Shown here one piece after another: positions 17,245 through 24,263 of a DNA stretch of 32,097 nucleotides (position 1 is the stretch's first letter; each line of letters opens with the position of its first letter). The notes under the pieces were generated by a model. The model ran no database searches, was not told the DNA's origin, and saw nothing but the letters and a program-made list of their open reading frames with translations. Where the stretch lies: positions 1 to 32,097 of the forward strand of contig JAITUO010000127.1 of assembly GCA_031286245.1 (NCBI GenBank), written 5' to 3'. This DNA is from Coriobacteriales bacterium (GTDB lineage: Bacteria; Actinomycetota; Coriobacteriia; Coriobacteriales; UBA8131). The position numbers and the translations under genes were made by a program.

Positions 17245-17985
17245 ATGGGTGATGAACTTGGTCGGCTTCTACGTGAAGTCGACCGCAAAAAGATGGAAAT
17301 GACCGAAAGACCAGACCCTGCTCCGGAGGCACAGGAAGCCTATGAGGAGCGGTTTTTATTTGAGAGTGTCTATTTCAACAACACCATGGAAGGCAACCAA
17401 CTGACCTATGAAGAGGTTGAGGCTGTCTTGAAAAATGATCTGGTGATCGCCGGTAAGCCACTTTCTGACCACATGTCCCTGGTTGGTTACCGTGATGCCA
17501 TGCAGCTGGCTCAGCAATATGTCATCCAGAATCGGCGGATTGGCGAGCATGAGCTTTTACGTCTGCATTCCCGTATATTGATTGATAAACCGGAAATCGC
17601 TGGTGAGTATCGGCTCTATAACCTGATGATCAAAGGCCATCGTCCTACCTCCTATGAGAAGATCGGCACGAAAATGCACCAATTGGTGGAGAAGCGTGCG
17701 CCAGAGTATGCTCATCCGGTTGAATCGGCTGCCTATTTCCATCTTCGTTTAGAGAAGATCCATCCGTTCGGCGACGGTAATGGCCGCGTCGGACGTTTGA
17801 TCATCAACATCATGCTGGAGCAGGCTGGATTACCTCCAGTGATCATTCGTGAAGGAGACCGCCAGGAGTATTATGAGGCCTTGAATGCCTATGACGGTCT
17901 GGACGGCAATCGACAGGTCTTGCCGATGCAGCTGCACCTGGCTGGACTAGTCATCCGCCATATCGATGAGATCACAGCATTGTAA
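17245..17985 (+). CDS. fic: Fic/DOC family protein (probable AMPylase)
   Basis: 246-aa ORF with the canonical Fic motif HPFGDGNGRVGR. The N-terminal helix carries NNTMEGN, which resembles the (S/T)xxxE(G/N) auto-inhibition motif with Asn at the first position. Confidence 0.9.
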   Translation: MGDELGRLLREVDRKKMEMTERPDPAPEAQEAYEERFLFESVYFNNTMEGNQLTYEEVEAVLKNDLVIAGKPLSDHMSLVGYRDAMQLAQQYVIQNRRIGEHELLRLHSRILIDKPEIAGEYRLYNLMIKGHRPTSYEKIGTKMHQLVEKRAPEYAHPVESAAYFHLRLEKIHPFGDGNGRVGRLIINIMLEQAGLPPVIIREGDRQEYYEALNAYDGLDGNRQVLPMQLHLAGLVIRHIDEITAL

Positions 17986-18076
17986 GGCAGAATACGGTTA
18001 GAATACGGTTACCCATTTTTTGGCTTAACTGAAGGAAACATAGCTTTTGCTATTTAGAACTAGTTATGGAGAAGAC

Positions 18077-18736
18077 TTGCAGATCGTTGTTGCCCCCGAC
18101 CCTCGCCTGCTAAAAAAGGCCGAGTTGGTTGGTATCGAAGAGCTACCCAAAATGAAAGCCTTAGCCACTGAGATGGCTGAATTGATGTATGAGACCATGG
18201 GGTGCGGGCTGGCAGCCACCCAGGTTGGTATCTTAAAGCGGCTGATTGTCGTTGATCCTGATTGGGGGATCCTTGATGAAGAGAGTGGGGAGCCTTCTCC
18301 ACCGGATCCGCATTTCCTCATCAATCCCGTGATACTGCGTTTATGGGGGACAAAGGAACTGATGGATGAGGGCTGCTTGTCAGTGCCGGGAATCACTGTA
18401 CCAATTGAGCGTTATGAATCGATCGAAGTTGAGGCCTTTGACTTGGATGGCAACATGCAGGTGTTCGAAGCAGATGGTTTTGCAGCACGGGTGCTACAGC
18501 ATGAGATTGATCATCTGGAAGGTATGACTCTGTTTGAGCGACTAGATCCGCTCCTGCGGATTGAGGCGATCCAGCTATATGAGGATGCTTTGGCTGCCGG
18601 TGCCAAGCCGGGCGATACTACTGCTCCCGGTCAGGAAAGTACTCGCAAGAGGGTCCCGGAGCAAGCAGCAACACCTATAGAAGAAGCTGTCTCTACCGTA
18701 TCATCTGCTGTTGCTCCGCCAGTAACTGTTCCGTAG
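18077..18736 (+). CDS. def: Peptide deformylase
   Basis: Motifs GCGLAATQVG, EGCLSVPG and HEIDHLEG. TTG 18077, preceded by GGAGAAG, gives the usual MQIVVAPDPRL N-terminus. The track ORF begins at TTG 18047. There is a ~50-aa low-complexity C-terminal tail. Confidence 0.9.
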   Translation: MQIVVAPDPRLLKKAELVGIEELPKMKALATEMAELMYETMGCGLAATQVGILKRLIVVDPDWGILDEESGEPSPPDPHFLINPVILRLWGTKELMDEGCLSVPGITVPIERYESIEVEAFDLDGNMQVFEADGFAARVLQHEIDHLEGMTLFERLDPLLRIEAIQLYEDALAAGAKPGDTTAPGQESTRKRVPEQAATPIEEAVSTVSSAVAPPVTVP

Positions 18737-18785
18737 ACACTGATCGGCGGGCCGACTGATTGACAGACCCTATCGTATTCTTTTC

Positions 18786-19775
18786 ATGGGCACACCGGTT
18801 TTTGCCCTGCCGGCCTTTGAAGCATTAGTCAATGACCCTGACTCGCGTTTCGATGTTTGCCTGGTACTTTCCAAGCCTGACGCCCTGGCTGGCCGGGGAT
18901 TGAAGCCGAAAGCATCAGTAATCAGCCTGGCAGCACGCACAGCCGGAATCGAGTTGTGGCAGCCCGCTTCTATTGGTGGTACTAATCAGCAAATCCTGTT
19001 GTCCCGGATCAATGAACTGGAAATTGATTTCACTGTCGTCACAGCATATGGTTTGCTATTGACTGAAGAGCTGATTGCTGCTCCACGTTTCGGCACAGTT
19101 AACATACATGCTTCACTGCTGCCCCGTTGGCGGGGAGCGGCTCCTATCGAGCGAGCCATCCTGGCGGGTGACCTGCAGACCGGCATCTCTATCCAGCGAG
19201 TCCGCCGAAAACCTGATAGTGGGCCTGTTTATGCATCCGCTTCAACTACGATTGATAATAAACCTGCTAGCGAGTTGGCCTTTGAACTGGCAGTCATTGG
19301 CTCTCAGTTGCTTGTGGACTGTCTACCGCAGATCGCCCAAGCCAAGTTAATACCTGTGGAGCAGGACGAGAACCTGGTGACCTACGCTGACAAATTGGCT
19401 GCAAATGATCTTTATCTGGATCCTCTCATGACTGTGGCTGATAACCTGCGGCGTGTCCAGGCAGCAAACAACTACACACCAGCCAGAGCAATTATTGCTG
19501 ACCATGGAGTCAAAGTGCAAAAAGCGCTTGTTGCCAATTTGTCAGACCAACTCATCTTACAAAAAAGCCATCTGTCAATACCAAGCCTGTCAACTAGCCA
19601 AGTGCTGTTCATCAACCACAGATTGTTTTTACAGGCGGTTGATGGCTGGTTTGAAGTATTGGAATTGATTCCGGATGGTAAGCGCAAGATGAGCGGTAGC
19701 GCTTTTGCTGATGGGTTACCAGAGTTACGCGAAATCAACCTGCCTAACCTCATCTGTTGGAGCAGATGGGGCTAG
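18786..19775 (+). CDS. fmt: Methionyl-tRNA formyltransferase
   Basis: GTPVFALP, HASLLPRWRGAAPI and the family C-terminal domain. The first ATG is 18786, but the conserved N-terminal strand RILFMGTP extends upstream in frame, so a non-ATG start is likely (see findings). Confidence 0.9.
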   Translation: MGTPVFALPAFEALVNDPDSRFDVCLVLSKPDALAGRGLKPKASVISLAARTAGIELWQPASIGGTNQQILLSRINELEIDFTVVTAYGLLLTEELIAAPRFGTVNIHASLLPRWRGAAPIERAILAGDLQTGISIQRVRRKPDSGPVYASASTTIDNKPASELAFELAVIGSQLLVDCLPQIAQAKLIPVEQDENLVTYADKLAANDLYLDPLMTVADNLRRVQAANNYTPARAIIADHGVKVQKALVANLSDQLILQKSHLSIPSLSTSQVLFINHRLFLQAVDGWFEVLELIPDGKRKMSGSAFADGLPELREINLPNLICWSRWG

Positions 19776-19824
19776 GCAACTAAAACAGCCTGCCGCAATC
19801 ACAAGCAGTATCTTAAGGAACAAA

Positions 19825-21150
19825 ATGGGCAAGCCAACCTGGGCACGTTTGCAAGCCATCAAAGTCATCCAGCAAGTCAACAGTCGCCAGGCTTTTGTTC
19901 GTCCGTTGATCGATTCTCTGATCCGCACTGCCTCTATTTCAAGCGCAGAACGGGACTTTGCGATTTTATTGGCTCTGGGAGTCACCGCAACCAGTGGTGA
20001 ACTAGATTTAATAATCAAACGCTCTATCGATACAAAGCGGCTTGATACTGTCTCTCGTAGCATCCTGCAATTAGCGACGTATGAGTTGGTTTACCTGCAG
20101 AAAGAAGCATATGTCGCTGTAGACCAGGCTGTTGCACTCGCTCATCAACTCAAGCCAAAGGTTGCCGGTTTCATCAACTGGGCGATGCACCGGATTATTG
20201 AGCAGATTGCTGACTTCCCCTGGGGCGACCCAAGTAGTGAAATCGACGCCTTGGTACATCAAACCGCCTTCCCTCTTTGGCTGGCTAATCGCTTAATAGC
20301 CGAACTCGGCTGGACCGCAGCAGCTGCATTCATGCATATCTCCAACGAAGTAGCTCCCCTTGATGGGGCTGATTTGACAACCGGTCAAAGTGTGAGCATC
20401 GATGCAGAAAAACTAGCTAAACACCAATCTGGGATAGCTGCTGGAGAGTTAATCATTGCTGACCAGTCCAGCCAGTTCATTGCACACCTAACCGCTCAAC
20501 AAACTGTTTTACACCCGAACTGCCAACTACTCGAGATTGGCAGTGGTCGAGGCACTAAGACTGTGTTAATCAATCGCGAATTGCAGCGACTGGGTGTGGA
20601 TGAGTTTGTGCATTACGCTCTGGAATACCATACCTTTAAAACTAAAGTCCTGGTCGATCGGATCAAGGTGTATCGGTTGCGTAATGTGCAACCGATAACG
20701 GCTGACATCTTGTTAATCAAAGAGCTGATAGAAGGCGGAATGCTGCCACCAGGCTTGGACGTCGTAATGATTGATGCTCCTTGCTCTGGTAGCGGTACCC
20801 TGCGACGAAACCCGGAAATTCGTTGGCGGCTGAGCACTGAAGATATCACAGCCATGTCTGCACAGGGACTGTCCTTTTTGCTTGCTGCAGCACCGTATGT
20901 TAATCCTGGAGGGTGTTTGGTTTATTCGACTTGCAGTATCTTTACTGAGGAGAATGAAAAAGTGATTGAAGCCTTTCTTGATGATCCCGCTGGAACTGAT
21001 TTCATTCTTACGGACTGGCGGCATTCTGGTAACTTGGCAGATTGGGGTTGCACAGAGCAAATTGTTGCCGATAGCTATTTTTTCCATAGCCAACTACGGT
21101 CGGGTGGTCCAGATTCCCACTTTGCTGCAATATTGAGGCGCCGAGCCTAA
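19825..21150 (+). CDS. rsmB: 16S rRNA (cytosine967-C5)-methyltransferase RsmB/Sun
   Basis: NusB-like N-terminal domain, SAM-MTase motif DAPCSGSGTLRRNPE, and catalytic YSTCS. ATG 19825 with RBS AAGGA is preferred over track start 19705, which overlaps fmt. Confidence 0.85.
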   Translation: MGKPTWARLQAIKVIQQVNSRQAFVRPLIDSLIRTASISSAERDFAILLALGVTATSGELDLIIKRSIDTKRLDTVSRSILQLATYELVYLQKEAYVAVDQAVALAHQLKPKVAGFINWAMHRIIEQIADFPWGDPSSEIDALVHQTAFPLWLANRLIAELGWTAAAAFMHISNEVAPLDGADLTTGQSVSIDAEKLAKHQSGIAAGELIIADQSSQFIAHLTAQQTVLHPNCQLLEIGSGRGTKTVLINRELQRLGVDEFVHYALEYHTFKTKVLVDRIKVYRLRNVQPITADILLIKELIEGGMLPPGLDVVMIDAPCSGSGTLRRNPEIRWRLSTEDITAMSAQGLSFLLAAAPYVNPGGCLVYSTCSIFTEENEKVIEAFLDDPAGTDFILTDWRHSGNLADWGCTEQIVADSYFFHSQLRSGGPDSHFAAILRRRA

Positions 21151-21291
21151 AGCACGGAGTGCACGGGCTTCTCCCCATTAAAAACATCGTCCAGACTGTT
21201 AAAGCCACATATAGCAGACATATATGTTACAATGGTAGTTACAATATTCAGGGATCTGGCTAACAGATACGAAAACGCCGGAAGGGAAAAA

Positions 21292-21546
21292 ATGGCGACT
21301 TACATACCAAAAGGAGTTTGCAGCAAACAGATAGATTTTGATATCGATGCGGCTGGGCTGGTTCATAACATCCATTTTACGAAAGGTTGTCCTGGAAATA
21401 CCGTCGGTATTGCCAGACTTGCTGAAGGGCAGCCTGCTGAACAGCTGATTGAGTTGCTGAAGGGATTGCCTTGTGGGTTTAAGAAAACCTCTTGTCCAGA
21501 TCAGTTTGCCTTAGCGTTGGAAGAGGAACTAGCCAAACAACAATAG
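21292..21546 (+). CDS. TSCPD-domain protein (TIGR03905-like)
   Basis: 84-aa product from ATG 21292 (RBS GGAAGGGA). It has CSKQIDFDI, IHFTKGCPGN and a literal KKTSCPDQ motif. Confidence 0.8.
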   Translation: MATYIPKGVCSKQIDFDIDAAGLVHNIHFTKGCPGNTVGIARLAEGQPAEQLIELLKGLPCGFKKTSCPDQFALALEEELAKQQ

Positions 21547-21716
21547 TCTTTCGCTATAGACTGGCTTAAATGAAACTCGATCTGTTTGATGAGAACATCC
21601 AGACTCCAGACTTGGTGCTGGAGAGCACGCATTCTAAGCTTTTGTCGACAATCTGGGCTAAAAACTCTAACCGTGTAAAATCCAGCTTGAAAGGCTTTCA
21701 CTTTTTAAAAAGATCC

Positions 21717-21763
21717 TAAGCCGAGGGAGGAATTCTGAATTATAAAACCTAATCCTCGGCTTA
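21717..21763 (-). terminator. Hairpin between convergent genes; terminator-like on the minus strand
   Basis: taagccgagg (21717-21726) and cctcggctta (21754-21763) form a 10-bp stem with a 27-nt loop. On the minus strand it is followed by ggatcttttt. Confidence 0.4.
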
Positions 21764-21836
21764 AACAGTATTCGGACAATTCTCAACTAATGAGTGTTCG
21801 TAGTTGTTGATGTATACCAAGCAGAACTAGTAGTAA

Positions 21837-22436
21837 TCATTTAATCGGGAACTCTCCAATGATTGTTTTTCCATCTTCTTTATAGACAGGGATAGTTCTG
21901 TCTAGCGGCTTCCATATCACTAGTAGAACCTTAGTAGCAAAGCTCTCCGTTTGGTATCCTTCTGGTAAGAAGTCAATCAACAATGCCTGCCTTTCAGGGC
22001 TGAGATATGAAAAAGTAGGTCTATATGTGCAAAAACTTACTTCGTGAAGCAATCTATCGACTTCAGACGCATCCAGCTCGACTCCTGTCTGTTCAAAGAC
22101 GTACTTAATAAAGGTCTGGATCCCAACGTTGTAGTAGTTGTCCCAGAAAGCCTCGATTTCCTCAGGTGTTTTTGGGTCGATAGCCAGCATCTCATCTCTT
22201 GATATATAACCGATCTCGCCATTGGTGGCTTTTACTTCAATCAAGTCAGGGCCTTGTTCAAAAGCTATACCGTTATTGTTACCATATGTCTGACCATTCT
22301 CGTTGACCGGATGTAGGCTTGCTTGGTCGCTGGCAACAACTGGTATAGGCCGGGATAAGGCTAAGCCAATAGCAACCAGAAGCACTAAGCAAACTACAGA
22401 CACCGAGAGAGCTGTAATTAATTTGTGTTTCTTCAT
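21837..22436 (-). CDS. Hypothetical membrane-anchored/secreted protein
   Basis: 199-aa ORF with an N-terminal signal/anchor MKKHKLITALSVSVVCLVLLVAIGLAL followed by a soluble domain. I do not recognise the family. Confidence 0.6.
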   Translation of the reverse strand: MKKHKLITALSVSVVCLVLLVAIGLALSRPIPVVASDQASLHPVNENGQTYGNNNGIAFEQGPDLIEVKATNGEIGYISRDEMLAIDPKTPEEIEAFWDNYYNVGIQTFIKYVFEQTGVELDASEVDRLLHEVSFCTYRPTFSYLSPERQALLIDFLPEGYQTESFATKVLLVIWKPLDRTIPVYKEDGKTIIGEFPIK

Positions 22437-22464
22437 AGCACACTCTTTTCCTTTCGAATCACTG

Positions 22465-22720
22465 TTAATAGATTGTAGGTGATTTGGCTGGATACTTATA
22501 ATACGTAGACCCTGAATAGGTTACTTGTACATACCCTTGACAATAATACCCTGCGGGATTAGATGGGGTGCCATAAAAGACTATTCCATAATAAACCCCA
22601 AGTGGGACAGTAGAGCTGTTAGGAACCATTGGAGATGAACCAACACAGTAGGTTGTTGTTTGTTTGGTTTCCTGATGAGTTACGAAAGCGCCAAAACTGA
22701 CATGACATTTCTTTGTCCAT
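22465..22720 (-). CDS. Split small ORF pair: a 33-aa ORF (22619-22720) overlapping a 54-aa Tyr/Gly-rich ORF (22465-22629)
   Basis: RBS AGAGGGAAAGAG lies 8 nt upstream of ATG 22720. The Tyr-rich frame (..GVYYGIVFYGTPSNPAGYYCQGYVQVTYSGSTYYKYPAKSPTIY) is open from 22767, but its first ATG is 22629. It ends 28 nt upstream of the 199-aa gene. Confidence 0.25.
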
Positions 22721-22812
22721 AAGCACCACTCTTTCCCTCTTTGTGTTTCTTCCCTCGAGGTTCTCTTCTACTAGCTAACTACGGTGTTCTCTTCATATTA
22801 ACTATTAATGAG

Positions 22813-22841
22813 AATCTAACTACAAAGCAATTATGTGTCAA
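22813..22841 (-). promoter_or_regulatory. Putative sigma-70 promoter for the small-ORF / 199-aa transcription unit
   Basis: On the minus strand: TTGACA (22841-22836), a 17-nt spacer, then TAGATT (22818-22813). Confidence 0.4.
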
Positions 22842-22853
22842 GCCAGTAGCTTA

Positions 22854-22903
22854 ACACTTACCTAGCTCGGTAGTTTGACTCGGTAGTTTGACACTTACCT
22901 AGC
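22854..22903. repeat. Nested direct repeats A-B-B-A upstream of the promoter
   Basis: acacttacctagc at 22854-22866 and 22891-22903, and tcggtagtttgac in tandem at 22867-22879 and 22880-22892. Confidence 0.9.
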
Positions 22904-22928
22904 CACCCAAAGTATTTCATAACCCCAT

Positions 22929-23291
22929 TTACTGGAGGATTTTCTCTTTTTTTCTGTCAAATAAGTTCTCCTTTGTAGGCCTAGTGGTAGGCCACAGCAT
23001 CCCTTTTGTACTCATCAGTGAACTTTTTTGGATTCCCATGTCAAACACTTTTTCTTTTGTGATGTCCAGTCTAGTCGTTTCTAACCGACCAGCTAGCTAT
23101 CTATACGTAAAGGTGTATTCCTGATGTCCTTTTTTCGAGGGTAGTCCAAGTCCACACAACCTAGCTTTCATCACAGTCGTGACTCCATCGAGGCACACTT
23201 GACTGTGGTATTTGCCACTTTGTCCATCATCCGTACTATTGAAGCCGCTACCAATCTCAGCACCAAGAGGTTTCTCAATACGCTTGTCCAT
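22929..23291 (-). pseudogene. Remnant of a DDE transposase, IS30-like (C-terminal half only)
   Basis: The minus-strand frame reads ..STDDGQSGKYH..LPSKKGHQEYTFTYR*LAGRL..RPTKENLF. This parallels the IS30-family T.DNG.EF..H / ..RG.NE..N.LLRQY / ..tP.E.F blocks as I remember them. The frame is broken by in-frame stops and the N-terminal domain is missing. Confidence 0.35.
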
Positions 23292-23556
23292 CTAAGGACA
23301 GGTGTGATCAACGTCAATGGTAAGCGAATGAATGTCGAGCTAAGACTGACAGCACAGGCAAGAGAAATAATCAGTAAGCTTGACAGTCTAAAATGTGGTT
23401 CCTGATTTGGTTAAGCCGGGAGCTTACCAAGCAGCCATGTTGCCAGTAGCCATGCTGCTTATTTGCTTATCCTTATTCAAGCCCCAATAGTGGTGGGTGG
23501 TGGTGTAGGCCTCCTTGGTACACTGCCTGGATACCTATGCAGAATGAGGAAAGTGT

Positions 23557-23694
23557 GTTTTGCTAAAAAAGGCGCGCTGTGTGCTCTCATTATGTCGAAT
23601 ACAGCTAAATACGATTGAATTATAGGGGTATTTCAGAAAAATCCCATAAGATTTCAGTGAATAAGTGCACACAGCGCGTCTTTTTTAGTAAAAC
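23557..23694. repeat. 28-bp inverted repeat (two G:T-type mismatches) enclosing an 82-nt loop
   Basis: gttttgctaaaaaaggcgcgctgtgtgc (23557-23584) pairs with gcacacagcgcgtcttttttagtaaaac (23667-23694). Both mismatches become G-U wobbles in a plus-strand RNA. Confidence 0.9.
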
Positions 23695-23813
23695 GTAGCA
23701 TTCTCAAAATCACTGGATGGCTGTCTGTTAGAGAACCTGGCTATAAGAATGCAGCCCGGTTTTCTCCACATAAAGCTTTTGAGCATTTTGGTGTGGAATT
23801 TGATGTTTTTCTA

Positions 23814-23842
23814 TTGACGAGAATCGAAAACTGTGCTTATAT
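23814..23842 (+). promoter_or_regulatory. Putative sigma-70 promoter of the GntR-ABC operon
   Basis: TTGACG (23814-23819), a 17-nt spacer, then TTATAT (23837-23842). Confidence 0.5.
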
Positions 23843-23843
23843 G

Positions 23844-23873
23844 GTTAGGGAGTTAAGTCGTTAACTCCCTAAC
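23844..23873. promoter_or_regulatory. Perfect 13-4-13 palindrome, probable YtrA/GntR autoregulatory operator
   Basis: gttagggagttaa gtcg ttaactccctaac sits immediately downstream of the -10 element and 25 nt upstream of the GntR start. Confidence 0.5.
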
Positions 23874-23897
23874 ATAGTCATAATAAGAGGAGCAGTT

Positions 23898-24263
23898 TTG
23901 CGGGACAGCCAACCGGTTTTCATTGAAATCATTGAGATGATCGAAAACGACATTATCACAGGGGTCTATCAGGTTCATGACCTGATTATTTCGACGACAC
24001 AAATCGCAAAGGTATATTCCGTCAATCCAACAACAGCGGTCAAGGCAATCAGCAAGCTTACTGATGCTGGCATTTTATATAAAAGGAGAGGTATAGGGAT
24101 GTGTGTCGCAGAAGGTGCGCGTGAACAAATCGTAACGCAGCGGAGAGATGCCTTCTTCAGTCGATCCCTCGACATGTTGATTTCTGAAGCGAAAACTCTA
24201 GGTATGTCGATGGACGAATTGATTGATGCAATCAGAAACAAGGGAGCAAAAAACGATGATTAA
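23898..24263 (+). CDS. GntR family transcriptional regulator, short YtrA subfamily
   Basis: 121 aa with a TTG start behind RBS GAGGAG. The winged HTH reads ISTTQIAKVYSVNPTTAVKAISKLTDAGILYKRRGIGMCV. It has the short C-terminal helical tail typical of YtrA-type regulators. Confidence 0.85.
   Translation: MRDSQPVFIEIIEMIENDIITGVYQVHDLIISTTQIAKVYSVNPTTAVKAISKLTDAGILYKRRGIGMCVAEGAREQIVTQRRDAFFSRSLDMLISEAKTLGMSMDELIDAIRNKGAKNDD

Noticed and set aside
21501-21701. 66-aa minus-strand ORF downstream of the TSCPD gene
   Set aside because: It overlaps the 3' end of the TSCPD gene and the convergent-terminator region. It has no RBS and no motif.
23199-23405. 68-aa plus-strand ORF opposite the transposase remnant
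   Set aside because: It has a TTG start without an RBS, it is antisense to a frame with transposase-like blocks, and it has no recognisable motif.
22929-23560. Pyrrolysine or general amber read-through as the explanation for the in-frame TAG codons
   Set aside because: No pyl genes or MttB-type genes are visible. TAG terminates at least eight well-supported genes here: def, fmt, the adhesin gene, the ABC-2 permease gene, the DUF1430 gene, glpX, thiN and 25094-25849. One interruption in the frame is TAA. Decay by C-to-T transitions is the simpler reading.
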